Positions 28,431-39,363 are shown, counted from the stretch's first letter. The stretch is DNA of 64,000 bases from Candidatus Latescibacterota bacterium (GCA_965204375.1 OZ241986.1:5056001-5120000), one strand, 5' to 3'. Made by a program: numbers and translations. Notes: a model not told the origin generated them from the letters alone.

Positions 28431-29201
28431 ATGGCCATCAAAAACGCAAAAAAAATCCTGAACCTGAAACGCCGCAAAATGCGTCAGGCAGAACAAAAAT
28501 ACCTCATAGAAGGCATTCGCCTCTGCGAAGAAGCACTCAAAAGCAGCGACACCCTCGAACAACTCATCTTCTGCCGGGAAAGCATCGCCCGCAACACGCG
28601 CCTCGAGACCCTCTATCAGACGGCTCTCGCACAGCGCATCCCCATCCAGCAAACCGACTGGCGCGCCTTCAAACACATGTCAGACACGGACACACCGCAA
28701 GGCGTACTCGGCGTGGTATCAATGCCGACCTATGATCCTAAAACCGTCCTCAATACCAATGGTCCATTCCTCATCCTCGACCGCGTCTCCGACCCCGGCA
28801 ACTTGGGCGTCATCATGCGAACAGCCGAAGCCGCCGGATGCAAAAGCATCTTTCTCACCCGCGGATCCGTCGAAGTCTATAACCCCAAAGTCGTACGCGC
28901 CACTATGGGCGCCATCTTTCGCCTCCCCGTCTTCCCCCTCCAGGACGGACCCGCCCTGTTACACCAGCTTCGCCAGCGCAACATCCAGATCATCGCAGCA
29001 CACACCAGCGGCACATCCTTCCACAATCTCCAAACTCAAAACCCCGCTGCCCTCCTCCTCGGCAACGAAGCCTTCGGCATCGACCCCGCCCTCCTCGCCC
29101 TATCCGATCACACCGTCACCATCCCCATGGCCGCCCCAGTCGAATCCCTCAACATCGCAGTCGCAAGCGGCATCCTCCTCTATCAAATTAATCGCACATA
29201 A
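28431..29201 (+). CDS. TrmH/SpoU family RNA methyltransferase
   Basis: LDRVSDPGNLGVIMRTA, GNEAFG, ESLNIAVA. Confidence 0.93.
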   Translation: MAIKNAKKILNLKRRKMRQAEQKYLIEGIRLCEEALKSSDTLEQLIFCRESIARNTRLETLYQTALAQRIPIQQTDWRAFKHMSDTDTPQGVLGVVSMPTYDPKTVLNTNGPFLILDRVSDPGNLGVIMRTAEAAGCKSIFLTRGSVEVYNPKVVRATMGAIFRLPVFPLQDGPALLHQLRQRNIQIIAAHTSGTSFHNLQTQNPAALLLGNEAFGIDPALLALSDHTVTIPMAAPVESLNIAVASGILLYQINRT

Positions 29202-29254
29202 AAAAACCCACCCGCCATCCTCGCGAGTGGGTTTCTGTCGTAATCATCATCCCA

Positions 29255-30292
29255 TCAATCAAATTCTGAAAGCTTGACCGTGCGCCCCTCCGACGCCGAA
29301 AGATCCGCGGCAAAATTGACGCGGTGGGTCTCAAAAGCAATATCAAAATTCGTACGCTCCATCGGCTCATTCGCATTGATACCATCTACAAAAGCCTGGA
29401 ACTGCGGCTCATAAGGGTGATCTGCCACATCGCCAGAGTCAATCAACGAGGTCTCGAGCGTACTCCACCTCTCTTTGCTCATGCCGTGCAACTTGTGCGA
29501 ATAGATCCGATTGTCCAGCAAGCTACCTTCGGAACCCACGAGATGAATATGAAAATAATAGGGCTGTAAGCAATCGACACACGAAGTGACCTTCGCCGCA
29601 TTGCCATTGGCAAATTTGAGAATAGAAACCGTGGTCGTATCGTATTCATAAGGTTCAAAAATATCGGACCTCGATCTCGTCGCGAGACTGGTCACTTCCT
29701 CCACATCGCCATCCATAAAGAACAGACATGCATCCAGAGCGTGACACCCTGCGGTGAGCAAACTCGATCCGGCAAAATCCTTCTTCACATTCCATTCAAA
29801 TTGACCGTACCAGGGACCAATGCCATGGTAGTAATCAACCTCGCCATAGTGCAACTCGCCGAGCAACCCCTCGTCAATAATCGAGCGAATCATAGAAAAA
29901 TGCGCGCTAAAGCGACACTCAAAACAAACACAGGATTGCACACCGGCTGCTACAATCGCATCGCGCACCCGTTTGAGGTCCTCATAAGACAGACAAATAG
30001 GTTTTTCGATCAGCAGGTGTTTGCCCGCCTCGGCAGCCGCAACCGCCTGATCCGCGTGAAATTTGTGTGGCGTGCAAATATCGATAATATGAATATCGGG
30101 ATCTGCGATCATATCATCGTAATTTTTATACGCCTTCAAAGGCGTGCCGTATTCTGCTGCGAGATCGTCTTCGTTGTGATCCCGGCGAGAACATATCGCC
30201 GTGACATTTGCACCATTGACCGCCTTAAACGTATCAATATGCGCCCCAGCTACCCAGCCAAGTCCAACAATGCCGACATTGAGATCGCTCAT
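29255..30292 (-). CDS. Gfo/Idh/MocA oxidoreductase
   Basis: [20 protein letters not shown]. Confidence 0.92.
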   Translation of the reverse strand: MSDLNVGIVGLGWVAGAHIDTFKAVNGANVTAICSRRDHNEDDLAAEYGTPLKAYKNYDDMIADPDIHIIDICTPHKFHADQAVAAAEAGKHLLIEKPICLSYEDLKRVRDAIVAAGVQSCVCFECRFSAHFSMIRSIIDEGLLGELHYGEVDYYHGIGPWYGQFEWNVKKDFAGSSLLTAGCHALDACLFFMDGDVEEVTSLATRSRSDIFEPYEYDTTTVSILKFANGNAAKVTSCVDCLQPYYFHIHLVGSEGSLLDNRIYSHKLHGMSKERWSTLETSLIDSGDVADHPYEPQFQAFVDGINANEPMERTNFDIAFETHRVNFAADLSASEGRTVKLSEFD

Positions 30293-30314
30293 GAAAGCCT
30301 CCGTGATTAAATCG

Positions 30315-30500
30315 CTAAAAGGGTTTGGGAATGGGTTTACCCAATTCGCTATAGGCTTGTATCATTTCGTTAAGAGCATCTTGTAGTAGTTCTGTGCATT
30401 CTTGTATTGTCGCCCCTTCCGTCACTACTTCTGGCCAATCCAACAATTGCCCCATGTAACCCGACGGAATTGGCGTATAGCAAGCGTTGTATTGTTTCAT
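30315..30500 (-). CDS. hicB: HicB family antitoxin (orphan)
   Basis: [32 protein letters not shown]; no hicA adjacent. Confidence 0.8.
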   Translation of the reverse strand: MKQYNACYTPIPSGYMGQLLDWPEVVTEGATIQECTELLQDALNEMIQAYSELGKPIPKPF

Positions 30501-30565
30501 TTCAATCACCTGATTTGAGCCGGAGCTTTTCTTGCCCCGGCTCATTTATTTTCAGCATCCCCAAT

Positions 30566-30805
30566 TTAAGAAACGCGACTTTGAATATGCGGTTGAATTT
30601 CCTCGTATTCTGGAAAGCGTTTCTCCTTAAGTTTGGAGAACACCAGTTCCCCATCAACCGTAACCTCAAAGCGACCACCGCTGGACGGAATCAGGGTAAT
30701 AGCTTCGATATCCTGCTTAAACGCATTGACAATTTGATCCGTCATCCCGACGGATTGTGGTTCATAGCCTCAAGATGCACAATATTCAATTTCTACCCGG
30801 GCCAT
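30566..30805 (-). CDS. SelW/SelT/SelH (Rdx) family selenoprotein, UGA12 read as Sec
   Basis: RBS AGGAGG; MARVEIEYCAS(TGA)GYEPQ...LIPSSGGRFEVTVDGELVFSKLKEKRFPE; hairpin ATCCGTC-GGGAT-GACGGAT ~14 nt after the UGA. Confidence 0.9.
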
Positions 30806-30894
30806 GTGACGCCTCCTTTTGAAAAGAGTGAAAAAAGAGTGAGCGACCTTGTGAAAGAGGCTCTTCGACATATCATGCCTCCTATTATAACCAA

Positions 30895-31653
30895 TTAAAA
30901 AACCGCTTGCCTAAAAAATACACCCGTGCGTTTCGGCAAAAAAGACGCGAGATCTTCGAGATCGAGATCCACATCCAATTCTCTCGCCGCATGGCGTATG
31001 TTATCCCAGCAATCCGCACAGTCATCCCCGGCGAGCATCTCATCAACCTGCCTCGAAAATTCCCTCGCCTCTCCGCGATCCACAGGGAAAGGATAATCAG
31101 CCGTGCGGAAAAAGTCACCAACAAAATCATAGTGCCGCCGACGTTCTTGAGAAAAATTCGCATCCTCGCGATGTACAGAAAGCCATTCCGCCGCCCGGAT
31201 GAGATGATATCCAAAATACGCCATCGCCGGATTGGAAATTCGCGCTTTATTGTGCCTGGTACTCTCCACATGCACACTGCGAATAACCGGACCGGGCCAA
31301 TAAATATCTTTGCGATACCGCTCCGTGCGGCGGTCATAGCCAAAGCCATCGAGTACAAAACCACTCGTCGAGCGAATCGTCAGTGCCAAACGCTTTTGCG
31401 AAAACCGATCGGGCTGCCGCATCAGGGCTTCACGCGTAAAATTGGGAATGCCAAACAGCGCGCTATACGCATAACAGAACACGACATAAGCATGTGACAC
31501 GGGCAACCAGAACAAATCGCCGAGCCGCCGGGACAGGGCATCGAATTTCTCATCCAGAAAAAACCGCCCGTCGGACAGCGCACCAGCCACACACACGGGT
31601 TCTGTTGAAAACGCATCGACAAGGCTCTGGATATCAGCGCGTTTATTACTCAT
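30895..31653 (-). CDS. Hypothetical protein
   Basis: 252-aa ORF with native codon pattern; no motif recognised. Confidence 0.65.
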   Translation of the reverse strand: MSNKRADIQSLVDAFSTEPVCVAGALSDGRFFLDEKFDALSRRLGDLFWLPVSHAYVVFCYAYSALFGIPNFTREALMRQPDRFSQKRLALTIRSTSGFVLDGFGYDRRTERYRKDIYWPGPVIRSVHVESTRHNKARISNPAMAYFGYHLIRAAEWLSVHREDANFSQERRRHYDFVGDFFRTADYPFPVDRGEAREFSRQVDEMLAGDDCADCWDNIRHAARELDVDLDLEDLASFLPKRTGVFFRQAVF

Positions 31654-31667
31654 ACATCATTTTCCGA

Positions 31668-32003
31668 TCATAATCGTTCATAAATCACTCTGCCCTCTCG
31701 CAAACTCCGCGCAATAATGTGATTGATGGAATTTCGCCAGGTATCGACCTCATTCTGACTGTAAACCAGAATATCTTTGGGAACGCGATAGGACGAAAGC
31801 GAACGTCTGATCCGTTTGATCTCTTTGTAACGGCTTCGTTGTGGACCAAATGGCTGTTCTTCTACGACAAGCAAATCCACATCTGAATCTGGTTTCGCAT
31901 TTCCTTTGGCTTGAGACCCAAAAAGAATAATCTGCACGGGATCGACCTCATCCACAATGGCCTTGACCATTTCCGCAATCATATTTTCTGTAGCGACTGC
32001 CAT
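31668..32003 (-). CDS. Minimal nucleotidyltransferase (MNT) domain protein, no HEPN partner
   Basis: ILFGSQAKGNAKPDSDVDLLVV, REGRVIYE. Confidence 0.88.
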   Translation of the reverse strand: MAVATENMIAEMVKAIVDEVDPVQIILFGSQAKGNAKPDSDVDLLVVEEQPFGPQRSRYKEIKRIRRSLSSYRVPKDILVYSQNEVDTWRNSINHIIARSLREGRVIYERL

Positions 32004-32146
32004 ACCGTCCTCACATTATTTTATACCCGGCTTCCCCAAAGCATACTCAGAATTGCGTATTCTTTCAAGTGCTTTTCTGGTGTGCGATCAAACTCTGGCT
32101 CTTGAGAACAGAGACTCAGCGGATACCTGAAGAACGGTATTTGCGC

Positions 32147-32175
32147 TTGACGGGTGCATGGAAGGCACGTAGATT
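32147..32175 (+). promoter_or_regulatory. Sigma70 promoter
   Basis: TTGACG-17-TAGATT upstream of the carboxypeptidase. Confidence 0.6.
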
Positions 32176-32221
32176 TTGGCTTATCGTGTGTTGTATTGAA
32201 ACATCATCACCAGGAGCAAAA

Positions 32222-33736
32222 ATGGCCGATGTCAAATCCACATATCAGAAATTGATTGCAGAAATAAAACAAATTGCCCTATTGGGATCCTGTGCCGGTG
32301 TATTGGGCTGGGACAAACAAACCTACATGCCCAAAGGCGGAGCCGGGCATCGCGCCGAGCAACTCGCACTGCTCACCGGCATGATACACGAACGCGCAAC
32401 CGCCCCTCAAATTGGCGACTATCTCGCAGAAATAGAAAACAGCGACCTGATCTCCAACCCACGCTCCGAAGCCGCAGTCAACGTACGAGAACTTCGCCGA
32501 GACTATGATCGAGCTATCAAATTGCCCCGGTCTCTCGTCGAAGAACTCGCCCGCGTGGCCACCATCGCTCAGCAAGTATGGCGAGAAGCACGCGAAAAAT
32601 CGGACTACGCCCTGTTCCAACCCCACCTCACAAAGATCCTCGATCTAAAACATCAAGAAGTAAATGCGCTGAACAGAGGCGAAACACCTTACGACACCCT
32701 ATTAGACGACTATGAACCCGGCGAAACATCTGAAAACCTGACCCGGGTCTTCTCGGGCTTGCGCGACGAACTCGTCGAACTCGTGGGTGCAATCGCCGAA
32801 TCCGGCAAAAAACCCGACGAAAACATCCTCACGCGCACATATCCCATAGACCAACAAGAAGCATTTGGAAAAACCGCAGCCGCACAAATCGGCTTCAACT
32901 TTGACAACGGGCGTTTAGACATCACCACCCATCCATTTTGCAGCGGCATTGGACCGGGCGACACCCGCCTGACCACGCGGTATAACACAAACTTCTTTTC
33001 CGAATCATTCTTCAGCATCATGCACGAAGCGGGCCATGGCATTTACGACCAGGGCTTAAACGACGAACACTACGGAACCCCTATGGGAGATTCTATATCC
33101 CTGGGCATACACGAATCTCAATCCCGCATGTGGGAAAACTTCGTCGGCCGCAGTGAGGCATTTTGGACACACTTCTTCCCCAAAGTACAAGCCGCATTCC
33201 CAGACGCACTAAGCGATGTATCCGAACGCGACTTCTACGCAGCAATCAACGCCGTCGCTCCCTCATATATTCGCGTAGAAGCCGACGAAGCCACGTACAA
33301 TTTGCACATCATGCTGCGCTTTGAACTCGAACAAGCACTCATCAACGGCGGATTAAAAGCCGAAGACGTCCCCGGCGTCTGGAACGAAACATTTGAAAAA
33401 TATCTGGGACTCACCCCCCCGGACGATGCTCTGGGGTGTTTGCAAGACATACACTGGAGCGGAGGAGGGATAGGGTACTTTCCAACATACTCTTTGGGCA
33501 ATTTGTACGCCGCGCAATTCTTTGAACAAGCGCGCCAGGACGTGGGCGACCTGAATGCACAATTTGCCGAAGGCGTGTTTGAACCCCTGAAAAACTGGCT
33601 AACGGAAAAAATCTATTCGCAGGGCCAGCGCTACCGGGCAAATGAACTCATCGAAGTCGTAACCGGAAAACCCCTGAGCCATGAACCCTTAATGCGGCAT
33701 CTGAGGGCAAAGTACGAACCGTTGTATGGGATTTAG
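32222..33736 (+). CDS. Carboxypeptidase M32 (Taq family)
   Basis: HPF, HEAGH, HESQSRMWEN, IRVEADE, GCLQDIHW, GYFPTYSLG. Confidence 0.96.
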   Translation: MADVKSTYQKLIAEIKQIALLGSCAGVLGWDKQTYMPKGGAGHRAEQLALLTGMIHERATAPQIGDYLAEIENSDLISNPRSEAAVNVRELRRDYDRAIKLPRSLVEELARVATIAQQVWREAREKSDYALFQPHLTKILDLKHQEVNALNRGETPYDTLLDDYEPGETSENLTRVFSGLRDELVELVGAIAESGKKPDENILTRTYPIDQQEAFGKTAAAQIGFNFDNGRLDITTHPFCSGIGPGDTRLTTRYNTNFFSESFFSIMHEAGHGIYDQGLNDEHYGTPMGDSISLGIHESQSRMWENFVGRSEAFWTHFFPKVQAAFPDALSDVSERDFYAAINAVAPSYIRVEADEATYNLHIMLRFELEQALINGGLKAEDVPGVWNETFEKYLGLTPPDDALGCLQDIHWSGGGIGYFPTYSLGNLYAAQFFEQARQDVGDLNAQFAEGVFEPLKNWLTEKIYSQGQRYRANELIEVVTGKPLSHEPLMRHLRAKYEPLYGI

Positions 33737-33740
33737 CGAT

Positions 33741-34682
33741 ATGGCGACCACACAACCCGTAATTTTAGACACCGACCCCGGCGTGGATGACGCGCTGGCC
33801 ATCATGCTTGCTCTGGGATCCCCAGAACTCGATGTAATGGGCATCTGCACCGTAAGCGGCAATGTCCCTCTCGACACCGGCACGCGCAATGCACAGGGAT
33901 TATTGCAACTATTGGACCGCACAGAAATACCCGTCTTTGCGGGCGCAGACCAGCCCTTAAAACGCGACCCTGTATTTGCCACCGAAGTCCATGGCGAAAG
34001 CGGCATGGGACAAGCCGTATTGCCAGAACCCGCCCAGGACGTGCGTGGCAATGCGGTTGACTTCCTGGTGCAAACCCTATCCGATCAATCGGGCGAAATC
34101 ACAATAATAGCCGTCGGACCCCTGACGAATCTGGCACTGGCCGAACAACGCCAGCCGGGAACACTTAAAAAAGCCAAACAGGTCATTGTCATGGGCAGCG
34201 CCATTGCAGAAACCGGCAACTCAACACCCGTGGCAGAATTCAACTTTTACGCCGACCCTCACGCTGCACAAATAGTCGTTCACTCGGATGCAACACTTCT
34301 GATCGTACCATTAGATGCAACGCGTCAGGTAATATTATCCGAAACGGATATCGAAAACAAAATCGCCCCCCAGAAAACAGTCGCATCTCAATTCGTCGTC
34401 GATGCCGTACAGAACGTATTCGCCCTCTACCGACAACTCGGACGCGAGCCAATCGTGTACCTGCACGACCCGCTCGCTGTAGGCGCGGCTATCGCACCCG
34501 AACTCCTCCGCTCAGAAACCCTGTACATCGACATAGAAACATCGGGCGATCTCACCATAGGCCAGGTCGTCACAGACCGCCGCGGCCTGCCCCCACCCTA
34601 TCGTCTTGGAAAACCCGTCAACTGCGCGATGCACGTCAATGCCAAAGCATTTTTGTCCCTATTTCTGACGCGGGTTTTTTAA
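33741..34682 (+). CDS. Inosine/uridine-preferring nucleoside hydrolase
   Basis: DTDPGVDDALA, GPLTNLA, AEFNFYADP, LHDPLA. Confidence 0.95.
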   Translation: MATTQPVILDTDPGVDDALAIMLALGSPELDVMGICTVSGNVPLDTGTRNAQGLLQLLDRTEIPVFAGADQPLKRDPVFATEVHGESGMGQAVLPEPAQDVRGNAVDFLVQTLSDQSGEITIIAVGPLTNLALAEQRQPGTLKKAKQVIVMGSAIAETGNSTPVAEFNFYADPHAAQIVVHSDATLLIVPLDATRQVILSETDIENKIAPQKTVASQFVVDAVQNVFALYRQLGREPIVYLHDPLAVGAAIAPELLRSETLYIDIETSGDLTIGQVVTDRRGLPPPYRLGKPVNCAMHVNAKAFLSLFLTRVF

Positions 34683-34686
34683 ACAT

Positions 34687-35652
34687 CTACGGCCTCTCTC
34701 GTAGCCTCAGATAGCTCTCATAGCGTTGAAGCGCGATATCGCCATTATCCACAGCAGCCCTCACCGCGCAACTGGGTTCGTGGACATGCGAGCAATCGCG
34801 AAACCGACAACCCCCGAGAAACGGGTGAAAATCTCGGAAAAGCAGGGGAATATCTTCGGGCTTTATATCGTACAGATAAAACTCCCGGACACCGGGCATA
34901 TCGCCGACAAACCCCCCCCTGTCGAGCGCGACCAATTCCGTATGGGTCGTCGTATGTATGCCCTCGCCCGTCGCTTTGCTAACAGGTCCTGTACGCAATT
35001 GCAACCCGGGTTGCAACCAATTGAGCAAACTCGACTTTCCAACGCCAGAAGCCCCCATAAAAAGGGTAATTTTCCCGCGCAGAAGATCGTAAAACGCCTC
35101 TTTACCCGCATCGGAAATAATACTGGTATAAACCACCGGATATCCCATCGCCTTGTACGGATGCATAACCCGATCTGCCCAGGCCTCATCGGCGAGATCG
35201 AGCTTATTGAGACACAGTGACACGGATATCTGCTGCCACTCTGCAATACCTATCATGCGATCCAGCAAAATCCAGTCCGGATCTGGCTCACCCGCAGACA
35301 CAATGGGAACAACCTGATCGATATTGGCAGCTAAAAGTTGCTCTCTATAAGACCCACCAGACGCGCGCCGGGAAACCTTGTTGCTGCGGGGACACACCTC
35401 GCGGATCATACCCCGATTATCCGCACCCTCAGAAAAAACCACGCGGTCTCCAACTGCAACCGGGTCAACCACGCGCACCCGCCTGACCGACTGCACGCGG
35501 CGGCGGCGCGAACCCGGCGCAGCTTCGGGATATTCGAGCTGTTTCCGCAAACGAGTCGAAAGCGCGCACATCACCACGCGATCGGCGGTCTGGACGACAT
35601 AATTGCCGAGATGATGGCGGATAACAGTACCTTCATTATCAGATTTAGACAT
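34687..35652 (-). CDS. rsgA: Ribosome small subunit-dependent GTPase A
   Basis: NKLD, GASGVGKSSL, G.HTTT, DMPG, CRFRDCSHVHEPSC. Confidence 0.95.
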   Translation of the reverse strand: MSKSDNEGTVIRHHLGNYVVQTADRVVMCALSTRLRKQLEYPEAAPGSRRRRVQSVRRVRVVDPVAVGDRVVFSEGADNRGMIREVCPRSNKVSRRASGGSYREQLLAANIDQVVPIVSAGEPDPDWILLDRMIGIAEWQQISVSLCLNKLDLADEAWADRVMHPYKAMGYPVVYTSIISDAGKEAFYDLLRGKITLFMGASGVGKSSLLNWLQPGLQLRTGPVSKATGEGIHTTTHTELVALDRGGFVGDMPGVREFYLYDIKPEDIPLLFRDFHPFLGGCRFRDCSHVHEPSCAVRAAVDNGDIALQRYESYLRLRERP

Positions 35653-35688
35653 ATCTATTCAGAGCCTTCCCACTGTGATGGATACCCC

Positions 35689-35770
35689 AAAATAACGCCG
35701 GCCAGATGTACTTGTCAAGCGATGTAGCCTTTGCAAACGGGTTGACATTTGGCGGGGTTTTCTTCATATT
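35689..35770. promoter_or_regulatory. Divergent sigma70 promoters (rsgA / UVR-domain gene)
   Basis: Plus strand TTGACA-17-CATATT (35742-35770); minus strand TTGACA at 35718-35713 followed by TATTTT. Confidence 0.6.
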
Positions 35771-35808
35771 TCCCCGACATTTACAGACTAACAAAAAAAG
35801 GGAAAATA

Positions 35809-36558
35809 ATGAAACGCGACCTCAGCCTATTTTTGTCGAACTGGGATTTTGACCCCACCGATATTTGTGTACGCAAAATTCAGGGCCTGGACGGACGGGA
35901 AAAATTGCAAGTACGCCTGGACCTGGGCGTCATGCAAATGGAATTAAATGATCGGCCTGACGGAACATGTCCGCACGGCCATTTTTCATTGCTCGAATAC
36001 TATTTAGACGAACTCGAAAACGAACAAGCGCAATCTGGCACAGATGAAAATTTTTACCTCGACAGAGACGCGTGCCTCGAATTGAGTCAAGAGGGATTGT
36101 TATTCTATCACCGCTATGTCTGTTTGATGCGATTGGGCGATTTTGAAGCAGTCGCGCGCGACACCGCTCACAATCTGGCACTACTGGATCTCGTGCGGGC
36201 TTATGCCAAAAATGAACAAGACCGAGAAATATTTGAACACTATCGACCTTACGTACTCCTGGTTTACACCCGTGCGCGGGGTGAAATTTGTTTGCAAAAA
36301 GGCGATCATTCCGGTGCCCTGAATCACATTGAAAACGGAATCGACAAAATTCAAACATGTGTGGTAAATTCCGGTGTTGAAGCAGACGAAGAGATCGAAG
36401 CCCTCTCGGAATGGGCCGAAGAAATAGAACGCGACCGTCCAATCACCTTACAAAAAAAACTGGCACAAAAACTCCAAAAAGCCATTTCCGAAGAGCGATA
36501 TGAACAAGCGGCTCGGTTGAGAGACAGGCTCAGTTCGCTGGAAAAAAACAATTTGTAA
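35809..36558 (+). CDS. UvrB/UvrC (UVR) motif-containing protein
   Basis: LQVRLDLGVMQMELNDRPDG; C-terminal LQKAISEERYEQAARLRD. Confidence 0.85.
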   Translation: MKRDLSLFLSNWDFDPTDICVRKIQGLDGREKLQVRLDLGVMQMELNDRPDGTCPHGHFSLLEYYLDELENEQAQSGTDENFYLDRDACLELSQEGLLFYHRYVCLMRLGDFEAVARDTAHNLALLDLVRAYAKNEQDREIFEHYRPYVLLVYTRARGEICLQKGDHSGALNHIENGIDKIQTCVVNSGVEADEEIEALSEWAEEIERDRPITLQKKLAQKLQKAISEERYEQAARLRDRLSSLEKNNL

Positions 36559-36583
36559 AAGCCACAAACCGGGCATCACAATA

Positions 36584-36635
36584 CAAAACATCCTGATTCT
36601 AAACACCGATGTGTTTCTGGATCGGGATTTTTTGT
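36584..36635 (+). terminator. Long imperfect hairpin / terminator
   Basis: ACAAAACATCCTGAT..AAACAC-CGAT-GTGTTT..ATCGGGATTTTTTGT. Confidence 0.55.
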
Positions 36636-36725
36636 ATAAAGGCAGGGGCTGGAGACTGGGGACTGGGGGCTGGGCTGGTGGGTTGGGCGGTTTTCACACT
36701 TCACACTTCATACTTCATACTTCTC
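36636..36725. repeat. Composite heptamer-array element
   Basis: ATAAAGGCA + (GGGGCTG/GAGACTG)n + GTTGGGCGG + (CACTTCA/TACTTCA)n ending at the start codon. Confidence 0.75.
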
Positions 36726-37961
36726 ATGGGCTATGAATGGATCATAATCAGACGACACCTCTTCAGCGTTGGTCGTCGCATGGGATTAACCACAATCATT
36801 GCCATCATAGGTGTCGGGCTGGGCGTTGGAGCACTCGTCATCACTCTATCGGTAATGAATGGCTATGCAGACATGATCTTTGACCGTCAGGTAGGCATAA
36901 ATCCCCATATAACCGTGCGGCGCCCGTACAGCGAACGCATAGAAAATTACGCACCCATCGTCCAATTGCTGGAAAAACATCCCGAAGTAGTCGGTGCCAA
37001 TCCCGTCATAGAAACAGAGGGTTATGTATTGAGCAGGGTCAAAGATGTGGGCACTGTCACATCGGGCGTATTGGTGCGGGGCGTAGATGGCATTGTGAAA
37101 AGCAGCGACATCGCCTATCACATAACCGAAGGGAAAATGGAATTAACCCGCATTGAAGGCAATAACTTTGGAATCGCAATTGGCAAAACACTCGCCGAAA
37201 AATTGGGTGCCTCCGTGGGATCAAAAATTCGCCTGCTGGCTGCTCCCAAAGACCTCACCACAGCCCGCATGCCCCCCCTTCGACAATATGTGATAACCGG
37301 CATTTTTGAAACGGGATTTTACGAATTTGACGCCTCACTAATCTACATATCTCTCGCGGCTGCACAACGGGACTTACAATGGGGCGACCTGGCAACAGGC
37401 ATTCAAGTACGCCTCGTCAATGCATTTGAAGCCAATCGCGTCAGCGTTGAATTGCGAGAGACTTTGGCGGCAACGTATTTCGATATGTTCCCCACATCGT
37501 GGATGTATGCCCAGGGCAATCTGTACGCATGGATCCAGTTGCAAAAATGGGCGAGTTTTGTGGTCTTGAGCTTGATCGTGGTCGTCGCGGGATTCAACAT
37601 CATCAGCATACTAACCATGGCCGTAAATGAGCGCAAACGCGAAATTGGCATCTTAAAAGCAATGGGAGCAGCACCCAAAAGCATCGCCCAAATTTTTTCC
37701 CGTGAAGGCCTGATAATCGGAGCGAGCGGCGTGTTATTTGGCAACATATTGGGCGGGGGCCTGTGCTGGATACAAAAAGTCTATGCACCCATATCGCTTT
37801 CCGGCGATGTTTATTTCATCAACGCCCTCCCCGTAACCATAAACATACTGGACTTCGCAATGATCTCTGCACTGGCGTTGTTACTATGCCTCGTATTTGC
37901 TCGCTGGCCCGCAAAACGAGCGGCAACACTGGACCCCGTAGAATCCATTAGATATGAATAA
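36726..37961 (+). CDS. LolC/E family lipoprotein-releasing ABC permease
   Basis: IAIIGVGLGVGALVITLSVMNG, AGFNIISIL, EIGILKAMGA. Confidence 0.92.
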   Translation: MGYEWIIIRRHLFSVGRRMGLTTIIAIIGVGLGVGALVITLSVMNGYADMIFDRQVGINPHITVRRPYSERIENYAPIVQLLEKHPEVVGANPVIETEGYVLSRVKDVGTVTSGVLVRGVDGIVKSSDIAYHITEGKMELTRIEGNNFGIAIGKTLAEKLGASVGSKIRLLAAPKDLTTARMPPLRQYVITGIFETGFYEFDASLIYISLAAAQRDLQWGDLATGIQVRLVNAFEANRVSVELRETLAATYFDMFPTSWMYAQGNLYAWIQLQKWASFVVLSLIVVVAGFNIISILTMAVNERKREIGILKAMGAAPKSIAQIFSREGLIIGASGVLFGNILGGGLCWIQKVYAPISLSGDVYFINALPVTINILDFAMISALALLLCLVFARWPAKRAATLDPVESIRYE

Positions 37962-37965
37962 AAAA

Positions 37966-38083
37966 AGAAGTTAGAAGTAGGAAGTTAGAAGTTAGAAGAC
38001 CCCGCCCAACTGCCCTAAAGCTGGTGCTTCATCACACTTCACACTTCACACTTCACACTTCACACTTCACACTTCACACTTCA
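37966..38083. repeat. Element with inverted heptamer arms, (AGAAGTT)n-linker-(CACTTCA)n
   Basis: Same linker as 10722-10760. Confidence 0.85.
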
Positions 38084-38085
38084 TT

Positions 38086-39351
38086 ATGACCTACGAATTC
38101 TTCATCGCGCGGCGACTCATGCGCGCCATGCGCCAGCAGCGTCAGATATCGTTTACCGCAGCCATAGCTATTGCAGGCGTAACCATTGGGGTAGCCGCCC
38201 TCGTCATTGTTCTGTCCGTTTTCAACGGCTTTTCGGCATTATTGTGGGACAGCCTGTTGAGCGTAAGCCCGCATATCGTTGTGCAAAAACCCCATGCACA
38301 GCCCATGTCGCCCAACAAAGAACAAATCGAACAATTAGAAAAATTGGCCTCTGTACGCGCAGCAGCACCTTTTGTATCGACCGAAGGATTTGCGCTCCGG
38401 CGACCCCCTGGCGGCGAAATGATCCAGGCTGGCGTAGCCGTGCGGGGAATAGACGCCGCACAATTGGCAAAAATTACAGACCTGAATGCGTACTTATGGG
38501 CAGGTGACCTCGACCTGAATATTCAACCACCCGACCCCGATCAGGACGCGCGCTCTACCAGACGCGCCAAAGTATATGGCACGGCCATTGGTCGCGTACT
38601 CGCAGACCGGCTCGGCGCAGTAATCGGCACCGAAATCATGCTGGGATTGGTACCCAAAGAAGTCCTAATGGGACAACAACCGCAATTATGGCCCTACAAA
38701 GTAACCGCCATCTTTCACACCGGACTGGAAGAACTCGACTCCGCACTCGCATTTGTATCGCTCGAAGCGGCACAACGCGACCTGGGATGGCGCAATCAGA
38801 TATCGGGCATCCAGATTCGGCTCGCCGAGCCATTTGAAGCACACCGCATCGCGCCCACCCTTCCCATAGGAACGGATTTTGACGTCATAACCTGGATGGA
38901 CACACACCGCAACCTGTATGCATCCATCCGTCTGGAAAAATGGTTTAGTTCTCTGGTACTGTGTCTCATCGTAATGGTAGCCGGATTCAACATCGTCAGC
39001 ATTTTGACCATGACAGTAGGCGACAGACAGCGCGACATCGGCATATTAAAAGCAATGGGCGCAACGCCGCGTGCAATTGGCAAAATCTTCACACTCAAGG
39101 GTCTGGGCGTTGGCCTGACGGGCGTCGTCTTTGGCAACGCAATAGGCTATCTCCTGTGCTGGTCACAACAGACATTTGAATGGATCAAACTCCCCGGTCA
39201 AATTTACATCATCCAGGCACTGCCCGTAAAAATGCTCGCCATTGATTTTGCATACATCTCCCTCGCATCTGTAGGCCTGTGCTTTGCATTCGCGCTCTTG
39301 CCCGCCCGCAAAGCCGCCTCACTCGCGCCCGTTGTGGCATTGAGGGAATAA
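38086..39351 (+). CDS. LolC/E family lipoprotein-releasing ABC permease
   Basis: IAIAGVTIGVAALVIVLSVFNGF, LEK, DIGILKAMGA. Confidence 0.92.
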   Translation: MTYEFFIARRLMRAMRQQRQISFTAAIAIAGVTIGVAALVIVLSVFNGFSALLWDSLLSVSPHIVVQKPHAQPMSPNKEQIEQLEKLASVRAAAPFVSTEGFALRRPPGGEMIQAGVAVRGIDAAQLAKITDLNAYLWAGDLDLNIQPPDPDQDARSTRRAKVYGTAIGRVLADRLGAVIGTEIMLGLVPKEVLMGQQPQLWPYKVTAIFHTGLEELDSALAFVSLEAAQRDLGWRNQISGIQIRLAEPFEAHRIAPTLPIGTDFDVITWMDTHRNLYASIRLEKWFSSLVLCLIVMVAGFNIVSILTMTVGDRQRDIGILKAMGATPRAIGKIFTLKGLGVGLTGVVFGNAIGYLLCWSQQTFEWIKLPGQIYIIQALPVKMLAIDFAYISLASVGLCFAFALLPARKAASLAPVVALRE

Positions 39352-39363
39352 AAGTAAGGGCGG

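Noticed and set aside
30407-30898. 163-aa plus-strand ORF
   Set aside because: Antisense to the selenoprotein and hicB.
38033-38083. Tandem repeats as a CRISPR array
   Set aside because: 7-nt units without spacers; no cas genes in the window.
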